A DNA stretch of 60,601 nt from Candidatus Hermodarchaeum yapensis (GTDB lineage Archaea > Asgardarchaeota > Hermodarchaeia > Hermodarchaeales > Hermodarchaeaceae). Positions 39,536 through 48,137 of this stretch are shown here, piece by piece. How positions within the stretch are numbered: the first letter of the stretch is position 1; each line of letters begins with the position of its first letter. The translations under genes and the position numbers were made by a program. The notes beneath the pieces were generated by a model that was not told where the DNA came from, ran no database searches, and was given only the letters and a program-made list of their open reading frames with translations. The DNA lies in NCBI GenBank assembly GCA_016840405.1, contig JAEOSK010000016.1, positions 1 to 60,601 on the forward strand, read 5' to 3'.

Positions 39536-40507
39536 ATGATGAACAAGAAACAGACTCTCATTCTTTACCATCCACTCATGGCAATGGAAGGGTACCCAGT
39601 TCTCGCTGGGCGTGTAGAACCTGCTTTTGAGTATCTTCGGGAAAGCGGAACTTTAGACGCCCCAGAGGTTTTTGTAGAAGAAGCCCAAGATGTACCTGAA
39701 GATTTGCTCTTATCGGTTCATACGGCGAATCATATCCAGCGTGTTAAGGATTCGGGGTACGATCCAGCTTCGCTTGTATCTGGTGGGGCGGCTGTCAGAG
39801 CGGGTGAAGCCGTTTGGCTCGGTGAAGCTGCTAATGCGTTTGCATTCACTGGTTGTGCAGGACATCATGCCAGTCGTGATTCGTTCTGGGGATTTTGTTA
39901 TTATAATAATTCAGCCCTGCTGGTGCGGCATCTTCAGCAAGTACATGATGTGAAGCAATTTTTCATTGTGGATACTGACCCTCATCCTGGTGATGGCACC
40001 CGTGACACGTTGGGTGATGATGAGGGTGTTTTTCATTTGAATTTCGAGGCGAGTTTCCGAGAACGAGTTGATATCACATCTGATCGACATGTGGATGTGC
40101 CTTTTCCGAGTAGTAGTGGAGATGAATCCTTTGTTGAAGCGGTTCGTCGATTGGTCCCTCCATTGGCTCGTCGAAGTCGAGCACAAATGATTCTGTGGAA
40201 TATGGGTCACGATGCCCATGCGCAGGATTATGGGGGATTCAATCTGTCGCTTCGGGCATTCCCTGCTATGACAGATATTTTGATTCAGGCAGCAGCTCAA
40301 GTGTGCTCAGGACGGCTTGTAGTACTGTTATCAGGGGGTTCCGAGGTGTTCGTGGCGCAGCACGCGATTTCGAGCATAGTCCGGAAACTGGCAGGTTTAC
40401 CATCACTACCTGAGGATATCCAAGATCAACCCAGCACTGAATCGAATGCTACGAAAGAAACAGCCCGTAAACTGACAGATACAGTCCTTCAGGAATGGGA
40501 CCTTTAA
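39536..40507 (+). CDS. histone deacetylase (HDAC/AcuC) family protein
   Basis: GHHA, GFCYYNN, DTDPHPGDGT, GHDAH; the EGGY motif appears as SGGS. Confidence 0.92.
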   Translation: MMNKKQTLILYHPLMAMEGYPVLAGRVEPAFEYLRESGTLDAPEVFVEEAQDVPEDLLLSVHTANHIQRVKDSGYDPASLVSGGAAVRAGEAVWLGEAANAFAFTGCAGHHASRDSFWGFCYYNNSALLVRHLQQVHDVKQFFIVDTDPHPGDGTRDTLGDDEGVFHLNFEASFRERVDITSDRHVDVPFPSSSGDESFVEAVRRLVPPLARRSRAQMILWNMGHDAHAQDYGGFNLSLRAFPAMTDILIQAAAQVCSGRLVVLLSGGSEVFVAQHAISSIVRKLAGLPSLPEDIQDQPSTESNATKETARKLTDTVLQEWDL

Positions 40508-40515
40508 GAGGAACA

Positions 40516-40974
40516 TTAGGTGGTTCCTACTTTTTCCCAAGCCACCCATTTACCTTGCGCTCGTCGGACTAAGACGAGCCCAAATCGTTGCCAGATTTCT
40601 TCACGGGTAAGAGGTTCTTCCGAGGACATGTGAAGTTGTGAATCGTGCTGGGGGCGTATAAGAGGAGACGGTTTCGTATAGAATAAGTTATCAATTAAAG
40701 CGCCCACGCGTCCTTTTTGGTATTGATCTTTAACGAAGATGAGGATCTGCTCAGAGGGAATATCGGCGGGTTGCAGAGTATGGCGAGGAACTCCTTGGCT
40801 AAATGAGGGACAGACACCACCCATAGTAGAGTGGACAATTTCAAGACATTGAGGGTCAACGAAAAACTGACACCGGACACATTGATGCCACCCGTCGTGA
40901 ATGGCTTGCTCTAACGTGGTCCGGGACCCGCAGGCCATGCAAGTGATGCCCACGGTGGAGAGATCTAACTTCAT
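40516..40974 (-). CDS. RING-like zinc-finger protein (Nse1-type spacing), last gene of the SMC operon
   Basis: CMAC...CVRC-x4-D-x2-C-x11-CP...H; ATGA overlap with upstream gene. Confidence 0.65.
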   Translation of the reverse strand: MKLDLSTVGITCMACGSRTTLEQAIHDGWHQCVRCQFFVDPQCLEIVHSTMGGVCPSFSQGVPRHTLQPADIPSEQILIFVKDQYQKGRVGALIDNLFYTKPSPLIRPQHDSQLHMSSEEPLTREEIWQRFGLVLVRRAQGKWVAWEKVGTT

Positions 40975-41612
40975 AGTTTATCACCCTCCTGAGTTGCTGT
41001 GGCACCTGCGAGATAGATGGTCGAAGCATTAGCTATAGCTTCGCGTCGTTCAGCGTCAAATTCCAGTTCAAGGCGGGGTCCATATGTGATTCGTCGAGCT
41101 GTGCGGGTGATGTATCCCAATTCACCAAGTCGACGAAGAATCCGATCTAATTGATAGCGAGAGAGTCGTCCTCGGGCAACAAGCACAGTTTCGATGTCTT
41201 TGGTGGCAATTCGTCGAGGTCGCTTAGTTTTACTAGCTCGTTCAATCGTGGCAATGATGACGCCTAAGACAGCATACTCGGGATCTGAGAGTTCTCCCGG
41301 TACCCCATAGAGGGTTCGAATACAGTACAGAGTATCGCGACCGAGTCGATATTCGACAAGTTCCAGACCTAACGGTGCGATTTCTTGGCGAAGCAAATCA
41401 AGGAGCCTTGTTAGCCCAGTCTTGTTGATATGGAGAGCTTCCTGCAAGTCTTGACGTTTGACCCCGATATTTAACTGGCCTTCTTCGTTTCGATACCGGG
41501 CGGTGAGAGCAGCAAAGAGTTGACCGAGAAGATGCCGTTCTTCAAATTCCTCTTCTTCCTTGACATCTGAAGGGTCAGGCACGTCATTAGGAGCATTAGG
41601 ATCGGTGGTCAT
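40971..41612 (-). CDS. kite-like tandem winged-helix protein (Nse1/Nse3/ScpB-like)
   Basis: Two WH-like units, APLGLELVE and LGELGYI...ITYGPRLELEF; position in the SMC operon. Confidence 0.65.
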   Translation of the reverse strand: MTTDPNAPNDVPDPSDVKEEEEFEERHLLGQLFAALTARYRNEEGQLNIGVKRQDLQEALHINKTGLTRLLDLLRQEIAPLGLELVEYRLGRDTLYCIRTLYGVPGELSDPEYAVLGVIIATIERASKTKRPRRIATKDIETVLVARGRLSRYQLDRILRRLGELGYITRTARRITYGPRLELEFDAERREAIANASTIYLAGATATQEGDKL

Positions 41613-42406
41613 CGACGACGCACCTCCGCGTATTTTTTCGCTTCAATGGCAACTGCGGCAAAAGTTGCATTGGCTGAAGGTTCTTTGTGTTTCGATAGAA
41701 ATTTTACTGAATTTTTGTCGAAGAGTGCAGGAATTATATTATCACGAATCATCTGGCTAAGAAGGTCCAATTCCCAATTTGTCAAGTGATCGGATAATTC
41801 GGAGTATTTGAAACGTTTTCCTTGAAGCCGTTTATGAAGTGTGTTTCTTAACGTATCAAGTGAGTCGATTGATACCTCAGAAAAGGGAACCTGATGTTGC
41901 TTCATCGCTTGTTGATCATCACGAGTGGGTGCTTCTGACATTGTTACAGGATTATCAGTATCGGGAAGGGAGAAGTGTGGAACGGAACGTTCACGATTCA
42001 CCAAAAACATTAGAGGTGTGGCTCGCCGCTTGACTTCCTCTGCGAAGTGGATAATCCATTCTTCTGGAGCTAGTTCAGGTGCTGCTAGATGAGAATCACG
42101 GTGGTGTTGCATGGTGGCAAGGGTATGGTAAAACCGACCGTCAAGATTCCGTTCCCATGGAGTTTCTAGGACCCGATAAGCATCAGCTACTTCTTCCCGA
42201 TCGATCTCAGCTTCTTTCACAGGAATGATATCCTTTTGCTTCAAAGCCCCTTCGTATTTCTTGGTAAGATTCCACAACGTGATTGTAATTCGTTTCGTTC
42301 CAAAGGGTGTCAATCGGTTGCGTTTGTAGTTATGTTGGAATGTTTCATACCAGGCTTTCCGTCGGGGGAATGCACGAAGATAGGTGGAGGTTTCATTTGA
42401 TAGCAT
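41609..42406 (-). CDS. putative kleisin-like SMC partner
   Basis: Coupled to the SMC stop; LDGRFYHTLATM...SHL and C-terminal FKYSEL segments loosely recall ScpA/Nse4; mainly positional. Confidence 0.45.
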   Translation of the reverse strand: MLSNETSTYLRAFPRRKAWYETFQHNYKRNRLTPFGTKRITITLWNLTKKYEGALKQKDIIPVKEAEIDREEVADAYRVLETPWERNLDGRFYHTLATMQHHRDSHLAAPELAPEEWIIHFAEEVKRRATPLMFLVNRERSVPHFSLPDTDNPVTMSEAPTRDDQQAMKQHQVPFSEVSIDSLDTLRNTLHKRLQGKRFKYSELSDHLTNWELDLLSQMIRDNIIPALFDKNSVKFLSKHKEPSANATFAAVAIEAKKYAEVRRR

Positions 42407-45336
42407 TAGGATTTCACCTCCCCTTTCAGAAGCACTATGTGATGCATGGTCTCGGGGATTTGGAGTCCCACGGTCGAAGGCGCCATCAGGAGAAACTGTG
42501 GTGGAATGAGTGTGTCTTCACTGCTAAGGGCTAGAGTTCGTTGCACAACGCTCAGAACAGCCGCCCGACTAGCCTCATCCAGACGTTGTGTGAATTCATC
42601 AATGACATGGAGGGGGCTCTTTGCGAGTGTATGTAATGCAAGGATAAAGGTCTGAGTGGCAAGAACTCGCTCACCACCCGACATTTCTTGATAAGTACGC
42701 CAATCGCCCTTTCGATTGATCGCAAGTTGAAGGTGCAATTCCGCTCGACTTGGTTCATCAGGAAAACGAACTATGAGTTTGACTTGTTTCAAGAAGTGGC
42801 TGAGAAGTTGATTCATTCGAAGATTGAGAGTTTCGACTGTTTGTTCTAGCTGGTGTCTCCATTCTGTTAACCGACGCTCAACATCTGTCATGAGGTTTTC
42901 AAGATGAAGCTGACGTTCTTTGAGATAATCATGAAGTTCCGACACAACTTTTTCTTGCTCTTCAAAGGCTGTGCGATCTTTCGCTGTTGCGGTGATTGTT
43001 GTTATCATTGCTTGAATTTGTAGTTGTTCGTCTCGAACAACGGAAGGCGTGCGGACCTCCTGAGGTCGTTCTCCCAACGATTTTGCTGTTTTTCGGAACT
43101 CTTTTGCTTGATCTAATATGTGTTTGTATTCATCTTCGCGTTGACGGAGTTCTTCGGTGATTTGGTCTATTATCGCCGAACGACGAGCCCGACGAGTATC
43201 TAGATTTTGGAGTTGCCCCTCGATCTTTTGTAATCGGGAATTGAGTGGAGAAAGCTCAGCTGATTGGTTTTGATAATCTTGACCCCATGCATCTCTTTGA
43301 TTATCTAGTTCCAAAATTTGTTGATGTAAGTCAGTGGCACGGAGTTCCAAATCCGATACCAGCGTGGTTTTTTCCATGTCAGTGAGTGTAGCAGTTTGTC
43401 CGTGCCGTAGATCTTGGAGCTGCACTCGGAGTTGACTGATTTCCGAGTTGGCCCGCATCCGATCTCGCATTAATCGTGCTTCTTCTTCGCGGAGTTCCCG
43501 AAGGAGTTGTCGGATTTTTGCGGTGTCCTGGGTTATTCCCAACTCGCGTAGTGGGGTACCTAAGTTGATGGTTACGGGGCGGGGTGGACGGGCAAAGGCT
43601 CCGATGCGGAGGTAAAAACTGGATCCTTCACTAGTGATGATGTTACCATTGAGTTGTTGTGTGGCATCCACTAGAGAGTTAGGATCTGCAGACTCTTCTG
43701 CGACAGCAGTGTTGACGACGCGACTGAGAAAACTCACTGCATAGGTGTCGCCTTCAATGAGATCAGCTGCCCATCCGAACACTGGGGGAGACACCACGGG
43801 TCTATCGCGGGTGATCGAAGTTGTTGGATTGGTTCGAGCAACCACTAGGTTTGGTTTTTCTTGAGGCCAAAGTTGATCAAAAAGGGTTTTTGCCTCGCTG
43901 AAAGCTTCACGGTTCAGAGCAATGAAGGCATAATTGTATCGACCCATTGCGAGTTTTACTGCGGTTTCGTGCTGAGCATGTTCTGGTTTCATACCAATTA
44001 GTGTGAAAATGGGACCAATCACAGAATCGGAGAGTACGCGTTGATCAAGCCCTTCTCGGAACCGCTGGCAAGCACGTAAGATGGTTTCTTCATAGCGGGG
44101 ATAACGTTGTGGTTGGGTAAACAGTTCTTCCTCGGTTGCTGTAATATCTTGTCGAAGGCTAGCCAGTTGTTCATCTAGCAGGTCACGTTCATTGGCAAAT
44201 GTAGTTAGTTCTTGTTGTAACACGGATTCTTTGGTTTTCTTAGTCCGTGGTCGCTTAGATTTTGAATAGCGTTGAATCTGCGAATTGACTGTGTTTAATT
44301 CATTTTCAAGTCCTTGGTGATGTCCTCTTGCCTGCATTTGCTGATCCCGAATTGACTCCAGCTTTCCTTGCAGCTTTTCCTTCTTTTCTCGTGCACGTTC
44401 ATATTTGGAGATAAGTTCAGCTCGTCGGTCATCGAGTTTGGTCAGATTCGCATTTTCAGTGGCTAAAAGCGCTTCCTGATTTGATATTTGTGTTTGAAGC
44501 TGTTCGGCTAATTCTTCTCGATAGGCAACTTCTGCCCAAGCAGCCTCGTTATCGAGAACCTGCAATCGCTCTTGCAGTTGTTGTTTTTGAAGAAACGCTT
44601 CATAGGCAGTTTTCAAAACTTGTAATCGTTGTTCCTCGTGTCGTATTCGATACTCCAAGGGCTTTACATTTGCCTTGGCTTGAAGAACTAGGAGGCGTGC
44701 TTCCTCAAGTTTTTCCATCCAATTCCGCAAACCTGTTTCATTTAGGAGCGTCTCAAATTTTCGTTTTGGTGATTGGGAGGCAAAATGGTCGAGGGTTTCG
44801 GCTTCGGTGATTGCTAGTGGTGAATCCCCAAATAGTCCTGCAGCTTGAAAGAGTTTCCGAATATCGGTTCGCGTGATTTGAGAACCATTAAGTGATCGTT
44901 GTCCATTAATCCAGTAAGAAATTCGGTTACTAGGATGAATTCGGAGACGAATCGATACTATGTCCCGGTCAAGGAGTTTCGCCAATGCATGATCAGGACT
45001 AGTAAGTATTCGTCGTCCATTCAATTGATAATTATTCAGTTCCAAAACAACTTCAGCGTATTTTTCAAAACGCCCAATGAAGGCTGCGTTCCGTTGTCGC
45101 TGTACCCGTCGAGATTCTACACCGATGGCATAGAGTAGAGCATCGAGAATTAGGGTTTTTCCACTTCCATTAGAACCCGTTATCAAAACAATGGGAGAGG
45201 CATCTAATCGAACGGTGGTGTCGCGGTGAATGACAAAGTTCACTAGGCGGATGCTACGAAATGCCAATGGTGGAATTGAAGGCGATAGCTCTTGCCCAGT
45301 GGTCATACGTCTACCTATCTCCCACGCGTTTTTCAT
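42406..45336 (-). CDS. SMC ATPase, Smc5/6-like
   Basis: IRLVNF, GSNGSGKT, coiled coils, hinge VIGPIFTLI, MSGGER...SPLHVIDEFTQRLD (Smc5/6-style head). Confidence 0.9.
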   Translation of the reverse strand: MKNAWEIGRRMTTGQELSPSIPPLAFRSIRLVNFVIHRDTTVRLDASPIVLITGSNGSGKTLILDALLYAIGVESRRVQRQRNAAFIGRFEKYAEVVLELNNYQLNGRRILTSPDHALAKLLDRDIVSIRLRIHPSNRISYWINGQRSLNGSQITRTDIRKLFQAAGLFGDSPLAITEAETLDHFASQSPKRKFETLLNETGLRNWMEKLEEARLLVLQAKANVKPLEYRIRHEEQRLQVLKTAYEAFLQKQQLQERLQVLDNEAAWAEVAYREELAEQLQTQISNQEALLATENANLTKLDDRRAELISKYERAREKKEKLQGKLESIRDQQMQARGHHQGLENELNTVNSQIQRYSKSKRPRTKKTKESVLQQELTTFANERDLLDEQLASLRQDITATEEELFTQPQRYPRYEETILRACQRFREGLDQRVLSDSVIGPIFTLIGMKPEHAQHETAVKLAMGRYNYAFIALNREAFSEAKTLFDQLWPQEKPNLVVARTNPTTSITRDRPVVSPPVFGWAADLIEGDTYAVSFLSRVVNTAVAEESADPNSLVDATQQLNGNIITSEGSSFYLRIGAFARPPRPVTINLGTPLRELGITQDTAKIRQLLRELREEEARLMRDRMRANSEISQLRVQLQDLRHGQTATLTDMEKTTLVSDLELRATDLHQQILELDNQRDAWGQDYQNQSAELSPLNSRLQKIEGQLQNLDTRRARRSAIIDQITEELRQREDEYKHILDQAKEFRKTAKSLGERPQEVRTPSVVRDEQLQIQAMITTITATAKDRTAFEEQEKVVSELHDYLKERQLHLENLMTDVERRLTEWRHQLEQTVETLNLRMNQLLSHFLKQVKLIVRFPDEPSRAELHLQLAINRKGDWRTYQEMSGGERVLATQTFILALHTLAKSPLHVIDEFTQRLDEASRAAVLSVVQRTLALSSEDTLIPPQFLLMAPSTVGLQIPETMHHIVLLKGEVKS

Positions 45337-45375
45337 TCGGTGACGTTATTCACTAACTCAAACTAGACCATGACT

Positions 45376-45494
45376 CTTAAACTTTCACTTAATCGAAGGA
45401 CAGGGCGCCACTTCTAACCTTTTTTGTCCCGACATATTTCCAGCCTTGATTAAACAAGGACGAGAAGGCGAGTTAGCATCGAGAAAAGTTAAAG
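45376..45494. promoter_or_regulatory. divergent promoter region between the SMC and Ubl operons
   Basis: Minus-strand gaaagtttaag (45376-45386) and plus-strand gaaaagttaaag (45483-45494) BRE/TATA-like boxes. Confidence 0.45.
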
Positions 45495-45530
45495 TGTGTG
45501 CTACGCTCCTCCCCAGATAGGTGATTTGTC

Positions 45531-45857
45531 ATGAGCAATGAAGAAGGTTTTTGGCGCTCAATCATTGTGGACGTTGAGCCACGCCAGAAGGAATTTCGAA
45601 TTGGTATTGATGATGAAACCCGAGTTGAAGAAGTAATTCGCACCCTTGTAACACAAGCTCGGGATGAAGGCGTGAGTGTTGATGATTGGGCGAAAGCAAA
45701 GATTGGAGATCAACGCCCAGAATTCGTTCTAATTCGAAAAGCCCCAGAACCCACCAGATTAAGCCCCGGTGCCACCTTTGGGGAATTGGAACCAAAAATC
45801 ACTGATGATGAGTTCTTCCTCTTAGATGTCGTACCAGAAGTAGGGTTCTCGTCCTAA
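45531..45857 (+). CDS. ubiquitin-like (beta-grasp) modifier with C-terminal VG-FSS
   Basis: Beta-beta-alpha pattern (IIVDV...FRIGIDDETRVEEVIRTL), FVL strand, L..GATFGEL, final strand ending EVG + 3 residues; first gene before E2. Confidence 0.7.
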   Translation: MSNEEGFWRSIIVDVEPRQKEFRIGIDDETRVEEVIRTLVTQARDEGVSVDDWAKAKIGDQRPEFVLIRKAPEPTRLSPGATFGELEPKITDDEFFLLDVVPEVGFSS

Positions 45858-45906
45858 TGAGAGAAGTCTTACTCCTTGCTAATCAGAGGATTAGGGGAAA
45901 CTTGCC

Positions 45907-46668
45907 ATGTCGCGTCCAGTATTCTCAACGGAGTTATTCAACGCTCGAGTCGAAACTCAGATTCACACGTTCTTCGATACAATGAGCAATCTGTACGGTC
46001 GAAGGGGTTGGCAACCGGACCCACCAATTCGGGAGGACACCACATGGTCAAATGCAGATTTCACTGTAGCCATTATCAGCCGATATCGTGATGGAACATA
46101 TAAACGAATACGGTTTATTATGCGAAACCTCCCTGGATATGTGCGGGAGCCTGACTCGTTAACAAGCACAAGGTCCTTACGGTATGAGCATCGATTTGTG
46201 TTCGATCTTCCCCGGGAGTATCCCCAAAACATTGGTACGATTCGACCCGCAGCAGAATTACCACTCTTTCATCCCCGGCTATCAGCGAGTGGAACTGGAC
46301 ATGCTTGCTATTCAGTTCGCGGGGAATTGGACCGCATTTTAGAGGACCTGCCATTCTTTGTGTTGTTGAAACCAGACCGTGTGGAACCGCCATCTCAATT
46401 CCAATCGGACCGAGGTCTGAATGCTGCAGCTATGGCCTGGTATGAAAAAGATACAGAGAATATCGTGAATACTCTGGACCGTCTTTGGGAAGACCGTCAT
46501 CAGACTAGCGTTATTATGACTCCATTGAAAGGGCGTGTCCGAATTCTTGATGGTGAACCTGAACCAGCTAGAACAAGTCGACGACCACCACGTATTTTGG
46601 ATGTGAAAGAACAGCGGTCTGGGACAGTACGAATTCTAGATGATTCATCTTCAAATGACGATTCTTAG
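45907..46668 (+). CDS. E2 ubiquitin-conjugating-enzyme-like protein
   Basis: FVFDLPREYP...PLFHPRL...GHAC (catalytic Cys), LNAAAMAWY; disordered tail. Confidence 0.82.
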   Translation: MSRPVFSTELFNARVETQIHTFFDTMSNLYGRRGWQPDPPIREDTTWSNADFTVAIISRYRDGTYKRIRFIMRNLPGYVREPDSLTSTRSLRYEHRFVFDLPREYPQNIGTIRPAAELPLFHPRLSASGTGHACYSVRGELDRILEDLPFFVLLKPDRVEPPSQFQSDRGLNAAAMAWYEKDTENIVNTLDRLWEDRHQTSVIMTPLKGRVRILDGEPEPARTSRRPPRILDVKEQRSGTVRILDDSSSNDDS

Positions 46669-46681
46669 GTGATTTTGCGCA

Positions 46682-46882
46682 ATGTCGGACCGTCCACCTG
46701 ATAAGGAAGAAGAGAAGGAAGAATCGGAAAAAGATGAGGAACCGACATCAAATCGCATTGTTGTATTAAATGAACGGGATATACCCTTTGAAGAAGAACG
46801 CCCACCGAATTTTTCACCACACTTTGCAGTTAAAGTGCACCGTGTGCAGAAAGACACTAGTTCGGAGGAGAATGAGAAGTGA
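46682..46882 (+). CDS. small acidic hypothetical protein in the Ubl operon
   Basis: AGGTGA SD; overlaps next gene; RIVVLNE motif. Confidence 0.55.
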   Translation: MSDRPPDKEEEKEESEKDEEPTSNRIVVLNERDIPFEEERPPNFSPHFAVKVHRVQKDTSSEENEK

Positions 46883-47265
46883 GTGTGCATGGCGCATCGC
46901 ATATGAAGTGCGTAGCCTGTGCAAACCAAGTTTCACTGGATGAAGCACGACGTGAATGGTGGATTTGTACAACATGTGGTAGCTACATGTGTCCCAACTG
47001 TCGATCATTGTTTCTTGAAACTGGACAGGGAACCTGTCCTGGCACAATCGTTCGGGGGGTTGAATCTCACCCACCCCATTTCACACGGTTCCTCGGTCCA
47101 CGAGATGAACCAGAAGTTGTGTTACCTGAAATTCGTTCAACGGTGGAAATCTTAGAAGATGTGCGACGGAATCAGCCCCGTTCACCCGGTGGTCGAGTGA
47201 TTATCCTTGATGACGATGAAGCCCTAGGCGAAGCTGACGAAGAAACGCAAGGTCAGGAGCAATGA
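46879..47265 (+). CDS. RING-like zinc-finger protein (putative E3)
   Basis: CVAC...CTTC-x4-CPNC-x11-CP...H; acidic tail with VIILDDDE. Confidence 0.7.
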   Translation: MSVHGASHMKCVACANQVSLDEARREWWICTTCGSYMCPNCRSLFLETGQGTCPGTIVRGVESHPPHFTRFLGPRDEPEVVLPEIRSTVEILEDVRRNQPRSPGGRVIILDDDEALGEADEETQGQEQ

Positions 47266-48137
47266 AAACTTCCTCCACAATTCTTTCTCACAGAGTCACC
47301 TATTCAACCAAGATTCAAAATACTTCGGATAATCCACTCTCTGGGATCCGTGTGTTTGTTGCCTTTCCACCACCCCTCCCTCCTCGCCAAGAACTCATTA
47401 ATCTGTCATCAATTCCTGTTTCGGGTCGTCAGGCCACAGATTTGAAGGGAAATCATTGGTTGGATTTGACCTGCGACCGATTAGCTGGAAAGGAAACATT
47501 CACCTGTGGTTACACTGCGTTGGTCCGGAATCGTTCCATCCATTACAGACTGCCCCAGTCTACTAGAAACTCCTCAGTACCCTCCAGCCTCGTTGGATAC
47601 ACCAAACCAGAAAACTTCATAGAATCTCACCATCACCTAATCAAAGACCTAGCCCGTGACCTTTCCAGCAAAAACCCCAATCCCATTCCATTCGTGAAAG
47701 CTGCAATGCGTGCTGTAACAAAAACAATTCGATATTCTCCTCAGAAGTATGAGCGCGGGGCTGCTTTTGCGATTGAAAAACACGTCGGAGATTGCACCGA
47801 ATTTGCTGCACTATTTACTGCCCTCTGTCGGGCGAAAGGAATTCCTGCAAGATTAGAAGCGGGATTTGCATATAATAGGAAAAAGTGGGAGCGGCATGCA
47901 TGGAGTGTAGTGTGGATTCAGGACAATTGGATTCCCGTTGATCCGACGTGGTATGGCAACAGTGGCTGGTTGGGCGTGACCAACCGTCACATTCCCCTCA
48001 TTATTGGTAACTGGATGGATATTCGTATCCACCAAGAGTTCAAAATGACATGGTCGCACAAACCACAAACAACTCCACCACAATTGGGTTCAAAATGGAA
48101 AGTCACGAAAGTTGTGAGTATCTTAAATTCAAGCTAG
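47262..48137 (+). CDS. transglutaminase-like (Cys-His-Asp) protein
   Basis: GDCTEFA...CRAKGIPAR, HAW, WIPVDPTW. Confidence 0.92.
   Translation: MKTSSTILSHRVTYSTKIQNTSDNPLSGIRVFVAFPPPLPPRQELINLSSIPVSGRQATDLKGNHWLDLTCDRLAGKETFTCGYTALVRNRSIHYRLPQSTRNSSVPSSLVGYTKPENFIESHHHLIKDLARDLSSKNPNPIPFVKAAMRAVTKTIRYSPQKYERGAAFAIEKHVGDCTEFAALFTALCRAKGIPARLEAGFAYNRKKWERHAWSVVWIQDNWIPVDPTWYGNSGWLGVTNRHIPLIIGNWMDIRIHQEFKMTWSHKPQTTPPQLGSKWKVTKVVSILNSS

Noticed and set aside
40971-45336. Wadjet (JetABCD) or Rad50/Mre11 assignment
   Set aside because: No Toprim JetD or Mre11 nuclease nearby, no CxxC zinc hook, and the head motifs look Smc5/6-like
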